Shown here one piece after another: positions 63,044-64,000 of a stretch of 64,000 nucleotides of DNA (positions are counted from its first letter, which is position 1; every line of letters begins with the position of its first letter). The stretch covers positions 11,104,001 to 11,168,000 of the forward strand of contig CP068257.2 of NCBI GenBank assembly GCA_009914755.4, written 5' to 3'. The translations under genes and the position numbers were made by a program. Below the pieces are notes generated by a model. It was given only the letters and a program-made list of their open reading frames with translations, did not search any database and was not told the DNA's origin. Origin of the DNA: the human T2T-CHM13v2.0 reference genome, Homo sapiens.

Positions 63044-64000
63044 AAAAATAGAGTTTCAAAGCTGCTCTGTAAAAAGAAAGGTTCCACTCTGTTAGCTGAG
63101 TACACACATCACAAACTTGTTTCTCAGAATCCTTCTGTCTCGTTTTTATGGGAAGATACTTACTTTTCCACCGTAGGCATCAAAGCGCTCCAAATGTCCA
63201 CATCCAGATACTCCAGAACGAGTGTTTCAAACCTGCTCTATGAAAGGGAATCTTCAACTCTATGAGTTGAATGCAGACATCAGAAAGAAATTTCTGAGAA
63301 TGCTGCTGTCTACCTTTTATTTGAATTCCCGCTTCCAACGAAATCCTCCAAGCTATCCAAATATCCACCTGCATTTTCCACAACAAGAGTGTTTCAAAAC
63401 TGCTCTATCAATAGAAATGTTCAACTCCTTTGGCTGGGTACACACATCACAAACAAGTTTCTGAGAATGCTTCTGTCTAGTTTTTATGGGAAGACGTTCC
63501 CTTTTTCACCAAAGGCATCCAAGCGCTCCAAATGTCCACATCCAGATACTCCAGAAAGAGTGTTTCAAACCTGCTCTATGAAAGGGAATCTTCAACTCTA
63601 TGAGTTGAATGCAGACATCAGAAAGAAATTTCTGAGAATGCTGCTGTCTACCTTTTATTTGAATTCCCGCTTCCAACGAAATCCTCCAAGCTATCCAAAT
63701 ATCCACTTGCAGATTCCACAAAAAGAGTGTTTCAAAACTGCTCTCTATCAATGGCAAAGTTCAACTCTGTTAGTTGAGGACACATATCACCAACAAGTTT
63801 CTGAGAATGCTTCTGTCTATTTTTTATGGGAAGATATTTCCTTTTTCACCATAGGCGTCAAGGCGATCGAAATGTCCACTTCCACAAACTACAAAAAGAG
63901 TGTTTCAAACCTGCTCTATGAAAGGCCATGTTCATCTCTATGAGTTGAATGGAAATATCCGAAAGAAATTTCTGGGAATGCTGCTGTCTAGTGTTTATAC
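63044..64000 (-). repeat. HOR unit 36: 9-mer variant, truncated by the window end
   Basis: Anchor at 63044. m3/m5 junction 'ggcatccaagcgc' at ~63518-63541. 184-aa fusion ORF at 63389. Confidence 0.85.

Larger units (their letters stand above)
1..64000 (-). repeat. Centromeric alpha-satellite array: ~170-bp monomers, head-to-tail, single orientation, + strand antisense to the conventional consensus; organised as an 11-mer HOR with 7-mer and 9-mer variants
   Basis: The ~170-bp periodicity is visible throughout. CENP-B box TCCCGYTTCCAACGAAR recurs every ~340 bp and alternates with pJalpha-like TTCCTTTTYCACCRTAG motifs. An ~1870-bp periodicity shows in every ORF of the supplied track (e.g. 816, 2685, 4554, 6424 on the - strand). 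AT-rich, no unique sequence, no length anomalies that would indicate TE insertions. Confidence 0.95.

Noticed and set aside
1-64000. All ORFs in the six-frame track (63-184 aa, both strands, mutually overlapping) as protein-coding genes
   Set aside because: Every ORF recurs with the 1.87-kb HOR period, overlaps ORFs on the opposite strand, and ends where the monomer consensus has a stop. The translations are low-complexity repeat read-through (e.g. 'VFQTCSMKGNLQLYELNADIRKKFLRMLL' is the monomer consensus in one frame). There is no independent promoter, RBS or splice context, and the sequence is a eukaryotic satellite.
1-64000. CRISPR array or other prokaryotic repeat-spacer structure
   Set aside because: The repeats are ~170 bp and directly abut each other with no unique spacers. 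There are no cas-like ORFs or leader. The periodicity and motifs are those of alpha satellite.
1-64000. Transposable-element insertions (L1, Alu, SVA) or inversions inside the array
   Set aside because: All 36 unit lengths are quantised to 1867-1870, 1528 or 1190 bp, so nothing could hold an insert of even tens of bp. There are no poly-A tracts or target-site duplications. Every monomer is in the same orientation.
1-64000. tRNA, rRNA or structured ncRNA genes
   Set aside because: No sequence deviates from the monomer consensus enough to host one. Nothing resembles tRNA cloverleaf boxes or rRNA conserved cores. Alpha satellite may be transcribed, but the sequence defines no discrete ncRNA gene.
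1-64000. Assignment to a specific chromosome or named HOR (e.g. an 11-mer dimeric-family array)
   Set aside because: Unit size and A/B alternation are compatible with more than one known 11-mer alphoid HOR. I cannot discriminate between them from memory without aligning to reference HOR consensi, so no assignment is made.

Overview
The whole 64-kb window is tandemly repeated centromeric alpha-satellite DNA from a primate (human-type). I found no bacterial-style operon, defence system, mobile element or RNA gene; the array itself is the object of interest. Monomers are about 170 bp, head-to-tail, all in one orientation. The given + strand is the reverse complement of the conventional consensus orientation: the CENP-B box reads TCCCGYTTCCAACGAAR on + and the pJalpha motif reads TTCCTTTTYCACCRTAG on +. 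Monomers are organised into an 11-monomer higher-order repeat (HOR) of 1867-1870 bp. CENP-B-box monomers (m2, m4, m6, m8, m10) strictly alternate with pJalpha-type monomers (m1, m3, m5, m7, m9), and the 11th monomer is a hybrid carrying a degenerate box. I mapped 36 consecutive HOR units by eye: 29 are 11-mers, one is a 7-mer deletion variant (1190 bp) and six are copies of one 9-mer deletion variant (1528 bp). Above the HOR level the array has three domains. Units at 1-16144 are heterogeneous. Units at 18015-29231 alternate two 11-mer haplotypes with a 3.74-kb period. Units at 29232-64000 form a 7136-bp, 42-monomer super-repeat [9-mer + 11-mer A + 11-mer B1 + 11-mer C] present in five and a half copies. 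One super-repeat copy is shortened to 5266 bp by an A x B1 unequal crossover whose breakpoint I can place within about 100 bp. CENP-B box integrity differs systematically between haplotypes, with 5 intact boxes in A/C units and only 3 in B1 units and 9-mers. All ORFs in the supplied track are frame artefacts of the repeat and no protein-coding gene is supported. I cannot assign the chromosome without a database alignment.
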